In this document: piece by piece, positions 9,771 through 21,050 of the stretch
Numbering within the stretch: position 1 is the stretch's first letter
Layout: each line of letters begins with the position of its first letter
Source of the DNA: Candidatus Latescibacterota bacterium
Lineage (GTDB): Bacteria > Latescibacterota > UBA2968
DNA length: 64,000 bases
NCBI GenBank assembly: GCA_965205975.1
Contig: OZ242195.1
Span: forward strand, 768,001-832,000
Reading direction: 5' to 3'
Position numbers and translations under genes: made by a program
The notes under the pieces: generated by a model
Seen by the model: the letters and a program-made list of their open reading frames with translations, nothing else
What the model was told of the DNA's origin: nothing
Databases searched by the model: none

Positions 9771-12700
9771 TTAAAATCCGTCCGTCGAACGGCTCAAGCT
9801 GTACCGGGCATTTGTGACCAGAGAGATAATATCCTCCAGAATCATATACAGACAGGGCACTAACAAAAGAATTATAGACGTTGCGAAAACAATACCAAAT
9901 CCGAGAGAGATTGCCATAGGAATGAGATAATAAGCCTGGCGGGATGTCTCCAAAATAATCGGTGTCAAACCACCGAACGTTGTCAACGTCGTCAGAATAA
10001 TAGGCTTGAAGCGCCGAAGCCCAGCAGTATGAATCGCCTCAAAAGCCGAACTATGGGCACGCCTTTTATTTGCATAATCGATCATAATCAGTGAGTCATT
10101 TACCACAACACCCGACAGGGCGATCACCCCCATCAAACTGATAAGCGACAAATCATAACCGAGCAAAATATGACCGATCACAGCGCCCACAATTCCAAAC
10201 GGAATCGCCGCCATCACAATCAAGGGCTGGACATAGCTGCCAAATGCAATGGCGAGTAACATATACACAATGGCCATCGCCATGGCAAACCCGCCCCATA
10301 GTGCCTGCGTTGACTCGCGCATCTCAGCCTGCGTCCCCTGAAACGTCCAGGTTAATCCGGGATACTCAGCGCGAATTTGTGGCAACACATCGGTTTTAAT
10401 CGCTTCCATAACGCGCGTCATCGCTCGCTTGGGTTCCACATCCATACTCACCGTCACCACGCGCCGACCATCTCGCCGATTAATACTTGTAAACGCTTCG
10501 CCGCGCTCAATATCTACCACATCCATCAAAGGTGCTTCTGTGCCATCAGGTGTACGCACAACAAATTCTTCGAGATGGCGAATATCCTTTCGCTCTGCCA
10601 TCGGTAATTTCACGCGCATTTCAATTTCATTTGTACCGCGCAACTGACGCATCGCCAGTGCGCCGAAAAATGCATCGCGCAACTGACGCCCTACCTCAAC
10701 CGGCGTCAATCCCAAATTTCGGCCTTCCGGACGCAATACAAAATCAAACTGCGCTTTGCCTTTATTGTAATTGTCACTCACATCGTGCGTCTCTTCAAAC
10801 CCTTCGGCGCGCTCTAAAAATGCTCGACTGGCTTTGGCCAACACGTCAATATCCGAATGGCTCAAATCGACACTGATATCCTGTTGCCAGCCGCCCGGCC
10901 CACTCTCGGCCTCAAACGTAATCTGATTGACACCATCAATATCCCCGATGTTATCGCGCCATAGTGAGATGATCTCTCCTGTCGTCATATCGTGTTCATC
11001 GGGCGGTTTCATCACAATTTCTACATCGATAAAACTCCCCCTGCGCACATTGGTTTTAATCCCTTCGGCCACGCGATAAAGGTTGTGCGCTTCAAACATG
11101 TGATGGGTCGATTCGGTCACATCATGTGCAACCCGCGCTGCTTGATCCCGCGTGGTCCCCACAGGCAATCGGATACCCGCCTCAATCTCATCGGCAGAAA
11201 CTTCGGGCATCATAATCATACCCATATGATCGCTGTATCCATAACCGCCCACCATCACCAGCAAAGCAACAGCAGATGCAACCGTAACGTACCGATACCG
11301 AATGCATACATCCAGAAACCTGCGATAGTGTTGGTCGATAAACCGATTGAAATGGCTGGCAATAGATCGTTGCCAGCGATGCACAGTGCCATTTACCGGG
11401 GAAACAGCGCGTTTTGAAAGGTGCCCGAGATGCGCAGGCAAAATAAATAGCGCCTCCAAAAGAGACACGGCCAGCACAGTGATCACAACCGCAGGCAATG
11501 GCCACCAGAATTTTCCCGTGGTGCCGGGCATAAATAAAAGCGGCACAAAAGCCACAATCGTAGTCAAAATGCTGAACGTAACCGGCTTGGCAATATCGCG
11601 TGTACCCGCAATGGCCGCCTGCATCGGACCCATACCTTGTTCCCGATATTCATGCACATTTTCACCCACAACAATCGCATCATCCACCACAATGCCGAGC
11701 ACCACCAAAAATGCAAACATAGAAACCATATTGATGCTTACATCAATAGCAGGCAGAAACACCAGACTGCCTATGAAAGAAATGGCCATCCCCATCATCA
11801 CCCAAAATGCAAGCCGAAACTCGAGGAACATCGCCAGAATAAGCAAAACAATCACAATAGCTAGCACCCCGTTTTCGATCAGCAAAAACAACCGATCTTT
11901 GTAATCCTCTGCACTGTTGCTGTCGATCCGATACTTCACACCAGGCGGCAGGGTGGTCTCAAAATCTGCCATGATATTTTTAACGGCCTCGGCAATCTCA
12001 AGTGGCGATTGATTCCCAATCCGATAGATATCCACACCAACTGTAAGCTGCCGATTAAACCGTTCGTGAAATCCGCCTTCTTCAAAGCCATCGGTGATCT
12101 TTGCCAGGTCCGCCAGTGTAACCCCACCGCCTCCTTCTGAAGGGATAATCACAATACGACTATATTCATTGGCCCACTGCTTGCGCTCTTTCATGCGCAA
12201 CAAAATTTCGCCCGTACCCGTCTCCACAGAACCCGCAGGAATGTCTTCACTCGACGCAACAATCACGCGTGCCACATCGCGTAGTGTAAGACCGTATTCA
12301 CGCAACCTGTGCTGAGGAATTTCAATATGCGTCCTGTATTCTGGCACATTGCCAAGCTCAACCTGTGTAATGGTCGGATCGCTCAGCAATCGATCCCTTA
12401 GCTGTTCGGCCAGACTTCTCAGCGTACCGATATCTACATCGCCATACAGCCCAATATCCATCACATTGCGCTGTTGTGCCCTCAGGCTGACTTCGGGTTG
12501 TTCTATATCATCGGGAAATGTCCGAATCCGATTGACTGCCTGATCAATATCCTGAAAGGCTTTCCCCCGGTTGGTGCCTGCCACCAGTTCGATGGTCACA
12601 CTCCCACGCCCTTCGCGAGCCTGCGACGTCATTTCCATGATCCCCTGCACACCGCGCACAGCTTCTTCTATCGGCTGTAAAATCCCCTGTTCTACCTCCG

Positions 12701-12905
12701 CAGGTGCCGCACCCGGATAGCCCACACTGACCGAGACGATATCCAGTTCATACTGCGGATAGACCTCCTTCTGGATATGAAAAGCCGTCCAGATCCCGCC
12801 CCCAACGAGGATGACCATAAACAGATTGGCCGCAATAGCATTGCGCGCCATCCAGGCAATCGGACCTCGTGCTTCTTCAAATGTATCCTGTGTCTCATTC
12901 ATCAC
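9771..12905 (-). CDS. RND efflux permease (AcrB/AcrD/AcrF family)
   Basis: 1044 aa; YPGA-x-P-x-[17 protein letters not shown] and [12 protein letters not shown] motifs. Confidence 0.95.
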   Translation of the reverse strand: MMNETQDTFEEARGPIAWMARNAIAANLFMVILVGGGIWTAFHIQKEVYPQYELDIVSVSVGYPGAAPAEVEQGILQPIEEAVRGVQGIMEMTSQAREGRGSVTIELVAGTNRGKAFQDIDQAVNRIRTFPDDIEQPEVSLRAQQRNVMDIGLYGDVDIGTLRSLAEQLRDRLLSDPTITQVELGNVPEYRTHIEIPQHRLREYGLTLRDVARVIVASSEDIPAGSVETGTGEILLRMKERKQWANEYSRIVIIPSEGGGGVTLADLAKITDGFEEGGFHERFNRQLTVGVDIYRIGNQSPLEIAEAVKNIMADFETTLPPGVKYRIDSNSAEDYKDRLFLLIENGVLAIVIVLLILAMFLEFRLAFWVMMGMAISFIGSLVFLPAIDVSINMVSMFAFLVVLGIVVDDAIVVGENVHEYREQGMGPMQAAIAGTRDIAKPVTFSILTTIVAFVPLLFMPGTTGKFWWPLPAVVITVLAVSLLEALFILPAHLGHLSKRAVSPVNGTVHRWQRSIASHFNRFIDQHYRRFLDVCIRYRYVTVASAVALLVMVGGYGYSDHMGMIMMPEVSADEIEAGIRLPVGTTRDQAARVAHDVTESTHHMFEAHNLYRVAEGIKTNVRRGSFIDVEIVMKPPDEHDMTTGEIISLWRDNIGDIDGVNQITFEAESGPGGWQQDISVDLSHSDIDVLAKASRAFLERAEGFEETHDVSDNYNKGKAQFDFVLRPEGRNLGLTPVEVGRQLRDAFFGALAMRQLRGTNEIEMRVKLPMAERKDIRHLEEFVVRTPDGTEAPLMDVVDIERGEAFTSINRRDGRRVVTVSMDVEPKRAMTRVMEAIKTDVLPQIRAEYPGLTWTFQGTQAEMRESTQALWGGFAMAMAIVYMLLAIAFGSYVQPLIVMAAIPFGIVGAVIGHILLGYDLSLISLMGVIALSGVVVNDSLIMIDYANKRRAHSSAFEAIHTAGLRRFKPIILTTLTTFGGLTPIILETSRQAYYLIPMAISLGFGIVFATSIILLLVPCLYMILEDIISLVTNARYSLSRSTDGF

Positions 12906-14101
12906 CGGGTGCCTCCCAGGGTTTTAGGATCTTCCTTTCCAACGCTTTTCACACGCAATTCTGCACCATCAGCCACTCGAGACAAATTGGTCGTAACCAC
13001 CCGATCCTTATCCTGCAACCCATCCGATATATAAGCATAGTCGGCATCTTGAAAAACGATCTCGACAGACCGAATCCGCAACAGACCGTCTTTCATCACC
13101 CAGACCGTATTGCCAGCCCGGATATAATCGCGTGCCAGACGCACCACATTGGGAATTTCGTTGGCCTCAATATACGTCTCGACAAATGCGCCAATCATCA
13201 ATGGAGACAGATGATCAGATCCATCCTGATGGGCAAGCGGATCAGAAACAGAAACCAGTACCCGCGCCATACGCGTCTTTTCTGCCAAAGCACCAATGAG
13301 TCTGTGAAGAGAGCCTGTGCGATAAGCACCTTTTTTTTGGGTCACACGATTGCGAATCTGTACCAACGATCCCCTTTCTGCCTCGCTGCTGGGAAAAGAA
13401 AGCCACGGAATTTTGGAAAGCGGAACGGTTGTCACCACCCAGTATGTATCCAGACCAACCAGACGCCCGAGATTATCGCGTGGAGAAACCAGAGAACCCA
13501 CATTGGCATTGCGACTTAAAATGTGCGCGTCAAAAGGCGCTTTAATGGTTGTTCTCTGCAATTCCAGTTCAGCCTGATTCACTGCCGCCTGCGCCGCTTC
13601 TACCCGTGCCCGAGTTGCATTGAGCTGAGGTTGGCGCAGCACAAGCGCCTCAAGCTCACCAGACAGCGTCTCATTCAGAATCTGATAATCTTTCTGCGCC
13701 ACATTCTGCCGTCCCATCTCAATATTCAAATCAGCAGTGGCACGACGCAGATCGCTCTTTTTTTCCAAAAGTGCATTCTGATAATCTGCCGGATCAATCT
13801 GCAACAGTACCTGACCCTTTTTGACAAACCCACCCGGCGTAAAAGTTGATGACAGCGAAAGTACCCGTCCACCGACTTGTGGACTCAGGATGATATCCTG
13901 TTCTGCTTCAACCGTCCCTGTCGCCACAATCACAGGGCGATACGTGCCGCGTTGCACCTCAAACACATCGACGAGCATCGCGGTTTTCTTAGTCGCCGCA
14001 ACGCGCGTCGCCGTAGGCTCCGTCATAAAAATCAGCGCAGTAATACCTGCACCCACAATCAAAATACAAAAACAAATAATCAGCCCTTTTTTGCTATCCA
14101 C
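12902..14101 (-). CDS. RND periplasmic adaptor (membrane fusion protein)
   Basis: N-terminal TM helix, [11 protein letters not shown] and TTIKAPFD motifs. Start likely GTG 14101; ATGA overlap with the permease. Confidence 0.9.
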   Translation of the reverse strand: MDSKKGLIICFCILIVGAGITALIFMTEPTATRVAATKKTAMLVDVFEVQRGTYRPVIVATGTVEAEQDIILSPQVGGRVLSLSSTFTPGGFVKKGQVLLQIDPADYQNALLEKKSDLRRATADLNIEMGRQNVAQKDYQILNETLSGELEALVLRQPQLNATRARVEAAQAAVNQAELELQRTTIKAPFDAHILSRNANVGSLVSPRDNLGRLVGLDTYWVVTTVPLSKIPWLSFPSSEAERGSLVQIRNRVTQKKGAYRTGSLHRLIGALAEKTRMARVLVSVSDPLAHQDGSDHLSPLMIGAFVETYIEANEIPNVVRLARDYIRAGNTVWVMKDGLLRIRSVEIVFQDADYAYISDGLQDKDRVVTTNLSRVADGAELRVKSVGKEDPKTLGGTR

Positions 14102-14117
14102 GTTATGCCATCCGTTT

Positions 14118-15476
14118 TTATAATGATTTGTTACGAGCAATTTCAAAACCACCTGCGAGCGCCCGATAAAGCGCAATGCGGAATTCCAGCAAATCGAGTT
14201 TCGCAGAGATCAACGCTCGCCGGAGCCTCTGTTCGTTTGTCAGCGCGGTAAGCACGTCGAGATAATCGCTGATGCCATTTAAGTACTCCAGCCTTAACTG
14301 ATCATACGTCTGCCTCACCAGAGCGACCTGCGCTTCGAGACTCGCGATGCGTTCAACCTGTTTTTGTTCTTGAACCAATGCATTTTCCACTTCGGCAAAT
14401 GCCGTCAAAACCGTCTGCCCATAAGCCGACAGTTGCGCGCTTTTGTTGGCTTGATTGTGCTTGATTTCTGCCCCCCGTTCACCACCATCGATAACGGGTA
14501 GCAAAAGATTGCCTATCAGATTGCCCACCCAATCTTTAAACAGACCACCGCGATCATCACCCGATGCCAATGCTGCCAGGCTCAAACGCGGATACCGATT
14601 GCTGATAGCAACCGCCACATCGCGATCCGCCGCCAGCAGCAGGTTATAAGCCCTTTTGACATCTGGACGTCGCTGAATCAATTCAACGGGCAAACCCGTA
14701 TCCGGCAGAGGTGGCAGATCTGGCAAAGCGCGATGCGTGTAGGCAATTCCATCCTGAGGGGCATAGCCCGACAGAACAGCGAGTTGGTGTTCTAACACCT
14801 CGATTCTGGATTCTGTCACGATTTTTTGTTCGCGTGTGGATTCGATCAATTGCCTTTGTCGCAAAATATCCACACTGCGAATCTGCCCACTGCCAAAACG
14901 CGCGCGAATCAGACTCAGCACTTGCTGGTTGGTCTCAATCTGATGCTCAAAAAGTTCGTGCTGACTTTGTGCTTCCATCAACTGAAAATAAGTACGCACG
15001 ACCTCTGCTGAAAGCGACAATGCCGCAGTCTGATAATCCGCCTCAGTCGCCCGCATTCGATAACGCGCGGCATCCACACCCGAACGAATCTGCCCCCACA
15101 GATCTATTTCGTATTCGGACGTGATGCCCAAACGGATCTGTGCATTATTTTCAGAATCGGGACGTTGAACCTCACCGCGCCCGGATACTTCCAGCGTTGG
15201 AAACCGGCCAGCCCCTTCGCGATCCACAACAGCCTGTGCACTTCGCAACCGATGCCACGCTGTTTCCAAATTGAAATTGGACTGCAATGCGCGATCGACC
15301 AGGCTGTCCATACGCGCATCTCCAAAAGCGGTCCACCACCGTTCAGAAAGCGCCTGTGAGGCATGACTGGAAAAAGCTGTGGGAGGTTCAAAAGGAAGGG
15401 TGAGATTTGCAGACCTGGGCGAACACCCAAAAACAAACACGGGCCAGATCAAAAGAAATAAGCGAACATATAGCAT
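14118..15476 (-). CDS. RND outer membrane factor lipoprotein (NodT/OprM family)
   Basis: Lipobox VFGC, WWTAFGD, YEIDLWG, RRPDV and LYRALAGG motifs. Start likely ATG 15476. Confidence 0.9.
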   Translation of the reverse strand: MLYVRLFLLIWPVFVFGCSPRSANLTLPFEPPTAFSSHASQALSERWWTAFGDARMDSLVDRALQSNFNLETAWHRLRSAQAVVDREGAGRFPTLEVSGRGEVQRPDSENNAQIRLGITSEYEIDLWGQIRSGVDAARYRMRATEADYQTAALSLSAEVVRTYFQLMEAQSQHELFEHQIETNQQVLSLIRARFGSGQIRSVDILRQRQLIESTREQKIVTESRIEVLEHQLAVLSGYAPQDGIAYTHRALPDLPPLPDTGLPVELIQRRPDVKRAYNLLLAADRDVAVAISNRYPRLSLAALASGDDRGGLFKDWVGNLIGNLLLPVIDGGERGAEIKHNQANKSAQLSAYGQTVLTAFAEVENALVQEQKQVERIASLEAQVALVRQTYDQLRLEYLNGISDYLDVLTALTNEQRLRRALISAKLDLLEFRIALYRALAGGFEIARNKSL

Positions 15477-15613
15477 GTGTAAGATAATTTCCAAATGACA
15501 ACAAAAAAAGTTACTGTAGTGTAAACCGCCACAATATAATAACCAAATAGAATTATGGAAGCAAGTAACCACTTACTTATTTGCCAATTATTTTTCAGGC
15601 GGGCAGATCGGGT

Positions 15614-15733
15614 CTATGCGGAAAACCCCAGGCCCGAAGCGTTGAATACGTCGATGAGGTCGGCGCCGTGCTTGTCGCCGACGCGGTTGAGCAGTTGGCG
15701 GCGAGTGAAGTTGCGGCCAAAGAGCCTGGGCAT
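15614..15733 (-). pseudogene. 39-aa remnant of a DUF4432/aldose-epimerase-like gene
   Basis: AGGAGG RBS then MPRLFGRNFTRRQLLNRVGD|KHGADLIDVFNASGLGFS|A*. Resembles DUF4432 N-termini with an apparent internal deletion and truncation. Confidence 0.6.
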
Positions 15734-15766
15734 GGGGGACCTCCTGTAGGAAATACTAATCGGTTG

Positions 15767-16591
15767 TTAATGATCAAGGATCTGAAATTCGACCTGAACC
15801 GGTTTATGGTCGGATGGATAAACACCGTCAATATTGTAGTCCACGACCTCATACGAACGGACTTCAACGTTCCCTCTGAACAAAATCCAGTCGATTCCGT
15901 TGCCGCCTTCTATACTGTCTTTCAGTACGCCAGGCTCTGCCGAGCCTTTATCCCCGACAAATGTTTTATAGACATCGCTCCCCGGTCTTGCGTTGAAATC
16001 TGCCAACAGAAATACAGGGCGCGGCCTGGTCCATTCACCAAACCGGTCGAGCGCACGGACCCGCTCGACAATTAGTCTTGCACTATTCAGCCTTGCCAGA
16101 GCCATTCCCTCGCCTGGGGCCAGATGCGTGTTGAAGACATACATCTCCTGAGTATTCTCCCAGTGCCCCCTGTAGTCCATTGGGTAGGGACTCGTTTCTC
16201 TATCTGCCGGTCTGTTGATGATCGCGAGGCGGGCCCATGTGACCATACGAGGATTGTTAGCAGGGCCGCTACCGATGACTTCCGGCGTTTCCGATAGCTG
16301 AAAACTGCCCATTTCCCTGAGTCGGAATCTATCGCGCTTGAAGAAGATGGCCATATGCTCGTCATCATCCCCTCCCTTTCGGCCTTCTCCGATGACCACG
16401 TATTCGGGCAAATGATCCATCAGATAGTCGATCTGCTCCTTCAAGCCTTCCTGGGTACCAATGATGTCGGGATTGTGTTTGCGAATCAGTGCCACTTGCA
16501 TATCGCGCCGCACTTCCCAGGGCGGCTCAAACGTGGGACTGGCATATTTCAGGTTATAAGTCATAAACTTGATCGTCTTCTCGTCGGCCAT
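15767..16591 (-). CDS. Endonuclease/exonuclease/phosphatase family protein
   Basis: FMTYN, DIIGTQE, NTHL, ADFN, IDWI and PSDH motifs. Confidence 0.9.
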   Translation of the reverse strand: MADEKTIKFMTYNLKYASPTFEPPWEVRRDMQVALIRKHNPDIIGTQEGLKEQIDYLMDHLPEYVVIGEGRKGGDDDEHMAIFFKRDRFRLREMGSFQLSETPEVIGSGPANNPRMVTWARLAIINRPADRETSPYPMDYRGHWENTQEMYVFNTHLAPGEGMALARLNSARLIVERVRALDRFGEWTRPRPVFLLADFNARPGSDVYKTFVGDKGSAEPGVLKDSIEGGNGIDWILFRGNVEVRSYEVVDYNIDGVYPSDHKPVQVEFQILDH

Positions 16592-16604
16592 CGGATCTCC
16601 TCAT

Positions 16605-18710
16605 TCAATCTTCGATTAGCACGGTGTCCATCGCTGGAATCTGGACCGATCGGTCCGCCAGTTCTATGGACTCGGACACTGTTGTGAAGTTTGCAACGGC
16701 GGTCACGTCGCTGGTGCGGGATCGGAAGCGATAGGCCCTGATCCCGTCCTGGGCTGTTTGCAGTCTCTCCACGCCATGGCCTATGCGGCGCGTTCCGGCA
16801 CGCCCCTGGCGTATGACACACGCGAAGTTCCGGACGGTTCTACCGCTTGCTCCGGGACGCAGGAATACGCGATCCTGGAGCAAGTTCTTCCACCGCTCGG
16901 GCGTATTTCTCTCCGCGGCATCTTCATACAGAAGCTGCTCGCCACACGTCTCGATCCCCAAACATCCCGCGATCTTGATCCAGGTCGAACCAGTTTCGAT
17001 TATCCGTGCTCGTCCGCCGACGCCTCGTATGGTGCGACGACCGCCTTCGAAGGAGATCGGGACCCGGTTGCCGTTCAGGAAATCGTTCATGATATAGACG
17101 CCAAATCCCTCGTTCAGCGAGAGCGCGACATCCGCGACTGTCCAGTCTATTACGAGCGAAGTTTCCCCGTCTTCGAGCGCGACGACGGCGATCGATTGTC
17201 GAATGCGACCATCCGCGTACTCGATTGCGCCCGTGGTTGTGAAGCCTTTTTCCGATGTGTGATCGGTGTGGAAGAGCGGCGTGGGATTCAGACGCTCGCC
17301 GTTGATCTCGAAACGTCCGACGAAGGCGTCCTGGTCCGATCCCAGCGTGTTCTCTCCGCCAGCCGGCACGACCATTCCCATTATGTTGTGTGATAGGGAT
17401 CGCCAGGCGAATGAGAAGAGGCCTTGCTTGCTGCGGCGAACCTGTAGCCAGACATAGGGATAGGTCTCAGTTCCGACCTGCTCGCGTCTGAATTCCTCGA
17501 CGGATATCGGCGAGACATCGGGTATGCCGGCAATCACGAGAGCGCCCAGCTGCCCCATGATGCCCGTTTCGAACTGGAAGTAGCGACCACCAGCCGCGTG
17601 TGGCATTCGGGCGTTGAATCGGCCGTCTTCTGCGTCCCGCATTGACCCGTCGAGATACACGAGGTTCTGCCACAGCATATGACCTGCAAATCGGTCGCCG
17701 AATTCCTCGAACATGACGGCGTGCTGGTAGTTGATGTCGGATTCGTGGTAGGTCCAGTCCTGGCCGGATGGGTAGGCCGTAAATCCGTTGTAGAGAAAGA
17801 AACGCCTCAGCACCTTCCAGGCATCGTGGACGCGGTGCAGGTAGTGGGGGGGAGGTGTCTTGCCCGTCAGTGTGAAGGCGAGGCGCCCCATCATCAGGAG
17901 GACGCCACAGGCGAGGTACCCCGGATGGAAGGAGCCGTGGTTCTCCACGGTGAGGTCGGGGTGGGACGTTTGCGTGCAGATCCAGTCTTTCAGCGGCCTA
18001 CCGTCGAAGAGTCGCGTATCGACCCGATCGAGGTCCGTGGTGAAGGTGTTGATGGCGAACAGCTTGCCCCGGTAGAGCCATTCGTCCGCGTGGGGATGGT
18101 CGGGTAGGAGGCAATGCGCCCAGGCGAGAAGATAGCTGTCCCACGCATTTTCCTCCTCCTTTGTGTCGTGCCAGCGTCCGTCCGGGGGATCGACCCCGAG
18201 AAATCGATCCGCTTCAAAGGCGAGCACGCGATGGAAGGCTTCGAGCACGTCCGGCTCCAGTTCGTCCGCAACGTGGTTGGCCGCCATTGCGATGTCCGCG
18301 ATCCAGAGGGACGATTCCCAGTCGTCGCCCCACTGACCGTTCCATTCGAGCGGCTCCGTCCTTCGCGATCCGCTCAGATGGTGCGCACAGATCCAGCGGA
18401 GACATCGGTTTAATCGGTCGAGCAGGATGGGTTTCTCGATTCCGGCGACCGAGGGGTCGAAGAACGCGCTTTGATGGAGGGCTGCGTAGCCTCGAAGCTC
18501 ATCGCCCAGGGATCGGATGATCATTTCGTTGATCGGTCCGCCCGGGGGTTGAAATTCGTTCACATCGAGGGAGCCGAAGTAGCCGTGTTCCTCGTCCTCA
18601 TAGACCCAGTACTGCTCGATGTAGGGCACGTGCCGACACATGAGGTGAACGAGGTCGGCCTCGGACGGAAAAGTCGGCGCGCTCGTGTCGAGTGGGGGGT
18701 AGTCGATCAT
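16605..18710 (-). CDS. Hypothetical protein (701 aa; possibly alpha-toroid plus beta-sandwich, lyase-like)
   Basis: Long GC-rich ORF with DTKEEENAW and ENHGSFHPGY motifs; no family confidently recognised. Confidence 0.6.
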   Translation of the reverse strand: MIDYPPLDTSAPTFPSEADLVHLMCRHVPYIEQYWVYEDEEHGYFGSLDVNEFQPPGGPINEMIIRSLGDELRGYAALHQSAFFDPSVAGIEKPILLDRLNRCLRWICAHHLSGSRRTEPLEWNGQWGDDWESSLWIADIAMAANHVADELEPDVLEAFHRVLAFEADRFLGVDPPDGRWHDTKEEENAWDSYLLAWAHCLLPDHPHADEWLYRGKLFAINTFTTDLDRVDTRLFDGRPLKDWICTQTSHPDLTVENHGSFHPGYLACGVLLMMGRLAFTLTGKTPPPHYLHRVHDAWKVLRRFFLYNGFTAYPSGQDWTYHESDINYQHAVMFEEFGDRFAGHMLWQNLVYLDGSMRDAEDGRFNARMPHAAGGRYFQFETGIMGQLGALVIAGIPDVSPISVEEFRREQVGTETYPYVWLQVRRSKQGLFSFAWRSLSHNIMGMVVPAGGENTLGSDQDAFVGRFEINGERLNPTPLFHTDHTSEKGFTTTGAIEYADGRIRQSIAVVALEDGETSLVIDWTVADVALSLNEGFGVYIMNDFLNGNRVPISFEGGRRTIRGVGGRARIIETGSTWIKIAGCLGIETCGEQLLYEDAAERNTPERWKNLLQDRVFLRPGASGRTVRNFACVIRQGRAGTRRIGHGVERLQTAQDGIRAYRFRSRTSDVTAVANFTTVSESIELADRSVQIPAMDTVLIED

Positions 18711-18946
18711 GTGGACGCTCCCGACTCTACGGTTTCGTGTGGTTCGTCGCAGCGGAAAACGACGAGTTTGCCGCTGTCGATGCGGTTTTTCACATCCCGC
18801 ACGAATTCACGGGCGAGGTTGGTATCGTAGAGTACCAGGGCGCCCGGTGACTGTGTGTGGGTTTGGAGTCGCTCCGATTTTTCACTCCAGGTCGATTGAA
18901 GCGTGTCGGATGCATCTCCTTCTGCGATAAGTATGACGTATGCCAT
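18707..18946 (-). CDS. Small hypothetical protein (possibly a remnant)
   Basis: 79 aa; AGGA RBS; ATGA overlap with 16605-18710. Confidence 0.45.
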   Translation of the reverse strand: MAYVILIAEGDASDTLQSTWSEKSERLQTHTQSPGALVLYDTNLAREFVRDVKNRIDSGKLVVFRCDEPHETVESGAST

Positions 18947-19165
18947 GTGGTTTCTTCCTATTATGTGCTCATATCTAAATGAAGTATTCCTGCCTTTCGG
19001 TTATCAGGGGTATTATACCTAATTATGCGAACTTTTGTTCAAAAAATACGTCGGTTGCATGATGGATCAAAAACATGGCACCAGGCTCGTCAAAAGTCAG
19101 TTGGTAGTCAACGCCATTGAGCGTATCTTCCGTGCGAAATGAGCCATCTTCAGCCATTGAGGAGG

Positions 19166-21022
19166 TCAACTATGGTAGCGGATACAGAACTCCGCAAACA
19201 GCACCAGCGTGATGCGATCCTTCGAGATCGTATGCGGAAGGCATTTGACATGGCGTACGACACGGATGCTGCGCTCATCGTCCGCTGGAATCCGTTCTTT
19301 CCCCGTTTCAACGGCCACACCGTCGCCCAGCAATCCCTGGACTACGCCATCCTCCTGCTGCTGTCCGACGACCGCACCTACGGGACGGACGATGCCGGTG
19401 AGGCCAACCGAATCATTCGCCGAATCCTGGATCACCAGGACCTGCGACCGAAGTCCGAGACCTTCGGCAATTTCTTCTGGCGGTGGTAACGGGAATTCCT
19501 GGAGCATGACGCGGTGCATCATTTCCTTCATTAGTTGCTGACGCGTCTGCTGGTATGCCGGATCATGTACGACGTTGACCAGTTCGTCGGGGTCTCTGGT
19601 GAGATCGAAGAGTTCTTCCCCGTCATCGCGCCCTGGCGTGACCGAGTAGCGGAATTCGCTGTTTCGCAGCGTCTCTTTCCAGGGGAACTTCATGATCCCC
19701 TCATGGAAGGGCGACTCGCACAGGCCGCCGAACGACTCGGAGAATGCCGACTGCCGCCAGTCCGAAACCCGCTCTCCCTTGCACAGGGGCATCAGCGAAC
19801 GGCCGGCACATAGCGGATGGCCATCGCCGACTCCACGCCGCGACAGAGGCCTCGGATGATGTTCTATAAGCGTTTCGTGCATATCCAACACGGTAGGGCA
19901 GATGTCTTCGTGCTGCACGATGAGGTCGCAAGAGCTGCCCTGCTTCAGGCCCGGTCCGGCTACAATCAGCGGGATGCGGATGACGGCGTCGTAGTGTCTG
20001 GCGGATTTTCCGCCCAGATTGTGGTCCATGAGCATCTCGCCGTGGTCAGACACAAAGATGAAGTAGCTGTTCTCCATCCTGCCAACTTGTTCCAGGCGCT
20101 CCAGGATGCGACCGATCTGTTCGTCGAGGTGGATAAAATCGGCAAAGTAGAGCTTGCGGTAGTAGCGCCAGTTGGGGATCCTGTCAGGCCCATTCCAGTG
20201 GTCCGTGTCGTAACCGACAGGGTCGGGGATGAGATCCTCGTTGACCCTCTCCAGGAATCGCTCCGGCGGATGAAATGGGGGGTGGGGCTGAACATAGCTG
20301 ATGTGGGTGTATAGAGGTTGATCTGGGGGCGTTTCATCGATGAAATTCAGGGCATGTTCCGTGATCCAGTTGGTCTGGGAAATCTCTTCAGGGAAGGGTA
20401 GGGGATAGTAGCCTTCGGTGCGGGTTTTGTTCCCTCCGTCATCGCCTTTAGTCCATGCCATTTTCTTCTTTGCCCGGCGCATCCTTTCGGTCAGGTTGAC
20501 TTTCCGCTCGCCATACGCATCGTAATAAGGCAACTGAGAATTCCAGTTTGCCGGGGTTGCCATGATCGCATCATAGTGTTCGGGATGCTCCTTCTCGATC
20601 CAGTCGTGCCACTCGCCAGTCCGGTTGTCTTCGGTGTTGTGGACAACGTCCCAGCCATATTCCCGGTAGTCCGGGTATGGGTAGTATTCCGAGTCAAAGG
20701 GATAGAAGTGGATCTTGCCGAACGCGCCGGTTCGCCATCCGGCCATCTGCAATGTCTTCATGAAAGTGGGGATGTCGGGATTGAGCCGGTAGCCATTGGA
20801 GAGCAGGCCGTGGCCTCGGCTGGTCAGACCCGTGGCAATGCCCGCCCGGGCCGGACAGCAGACCGGGTTGTTGGAAAATGCATTGCTGAAGGTCACGCCC
20901 ATGCTCTGGAGGCGTTTCAGGTTGGGCAGGTCGCAGATGCCATTCATGGCCGCTTCCAGCCACTTGGCCCCCATCTGATCGACCATGAGGAAGATGACGT
21001 TGGGTTTGTTGTTTGAGTTCAT
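19166..21022 (-). CDS. Sulfatase (Cys-type) with lost native stop and ~105-aa read-through tail
   Basis: KPNVIFLMVDQ, CCPAR, FGKIH, SDHGE and ELFDL motifs. The paralog 21051-22685 ends ~9 aa after the equivalent of EFPLPP. Confidence 0.85.
   Translation of the reverse strand: MNSNNKPNVIFLMVDQMGAKWLEAAMNGICDLPNLKRLQSMGVTFSNAFSNNPVCCPARAGIATGLTSRGHGLLSNGYRLNPDIPTFMKTLQMAGWRTGAFGKIHFYPFDSEYYPYPDYREYGWDVVHNTEDNRTGEWHDWIEKEHPEHYDAIMATPANWNSQLPYYDAYGERKVNLTERMRRAKKKMAWTKGDDGGNKTRTEGYYPLPFPEEISQTNWITEHALNFIDETPPDQPLYTHISYVQPHPPFHPPERFLERVNEDLIPDPVGYDTDHWNGPDRIPNWRYYRKLYFADFIHLDEQIGRILERLEQVGRMENSYFIFVSDHGEMLMDHNLGGKSARHYDAVIRIPLIVAGPGLKQGSSCDLIVQHEDICPTVLDMHETLIEHHPRPLSRRGVGDGHPLCAGRSLMPLCKGERVSDWRQSAFSESFGGLCESPFHEGIMKFPWKETLRNSEFRYSVTPGRDDGEELFDLTRDPDELVNVVHDPAYQQTRQQLMKEMMHRVMLQEFPLPPPEEIAEGLGLRSQVLVIQDSANDSVGLTGIVRPVGAVVGQQQEDGVVQGLLGDGVAVETGKERIPADDERSIRVVRHVKCLPHTISKDRITLVLFAEFCIRYHS
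19172..19489 (+). pseudogene. 3'-truncated hypothetical gene
   Basis: GGAGG RBS, ATG 19172, protein-like to ...SETFGNFFW; then abuts the antisense of a sulfatase 3' end at ~19480 and stops. Confidence 0.65.
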
Positions 21023-21050
21023 CGACAAGCCTCTTATCAGGTTACATTTT

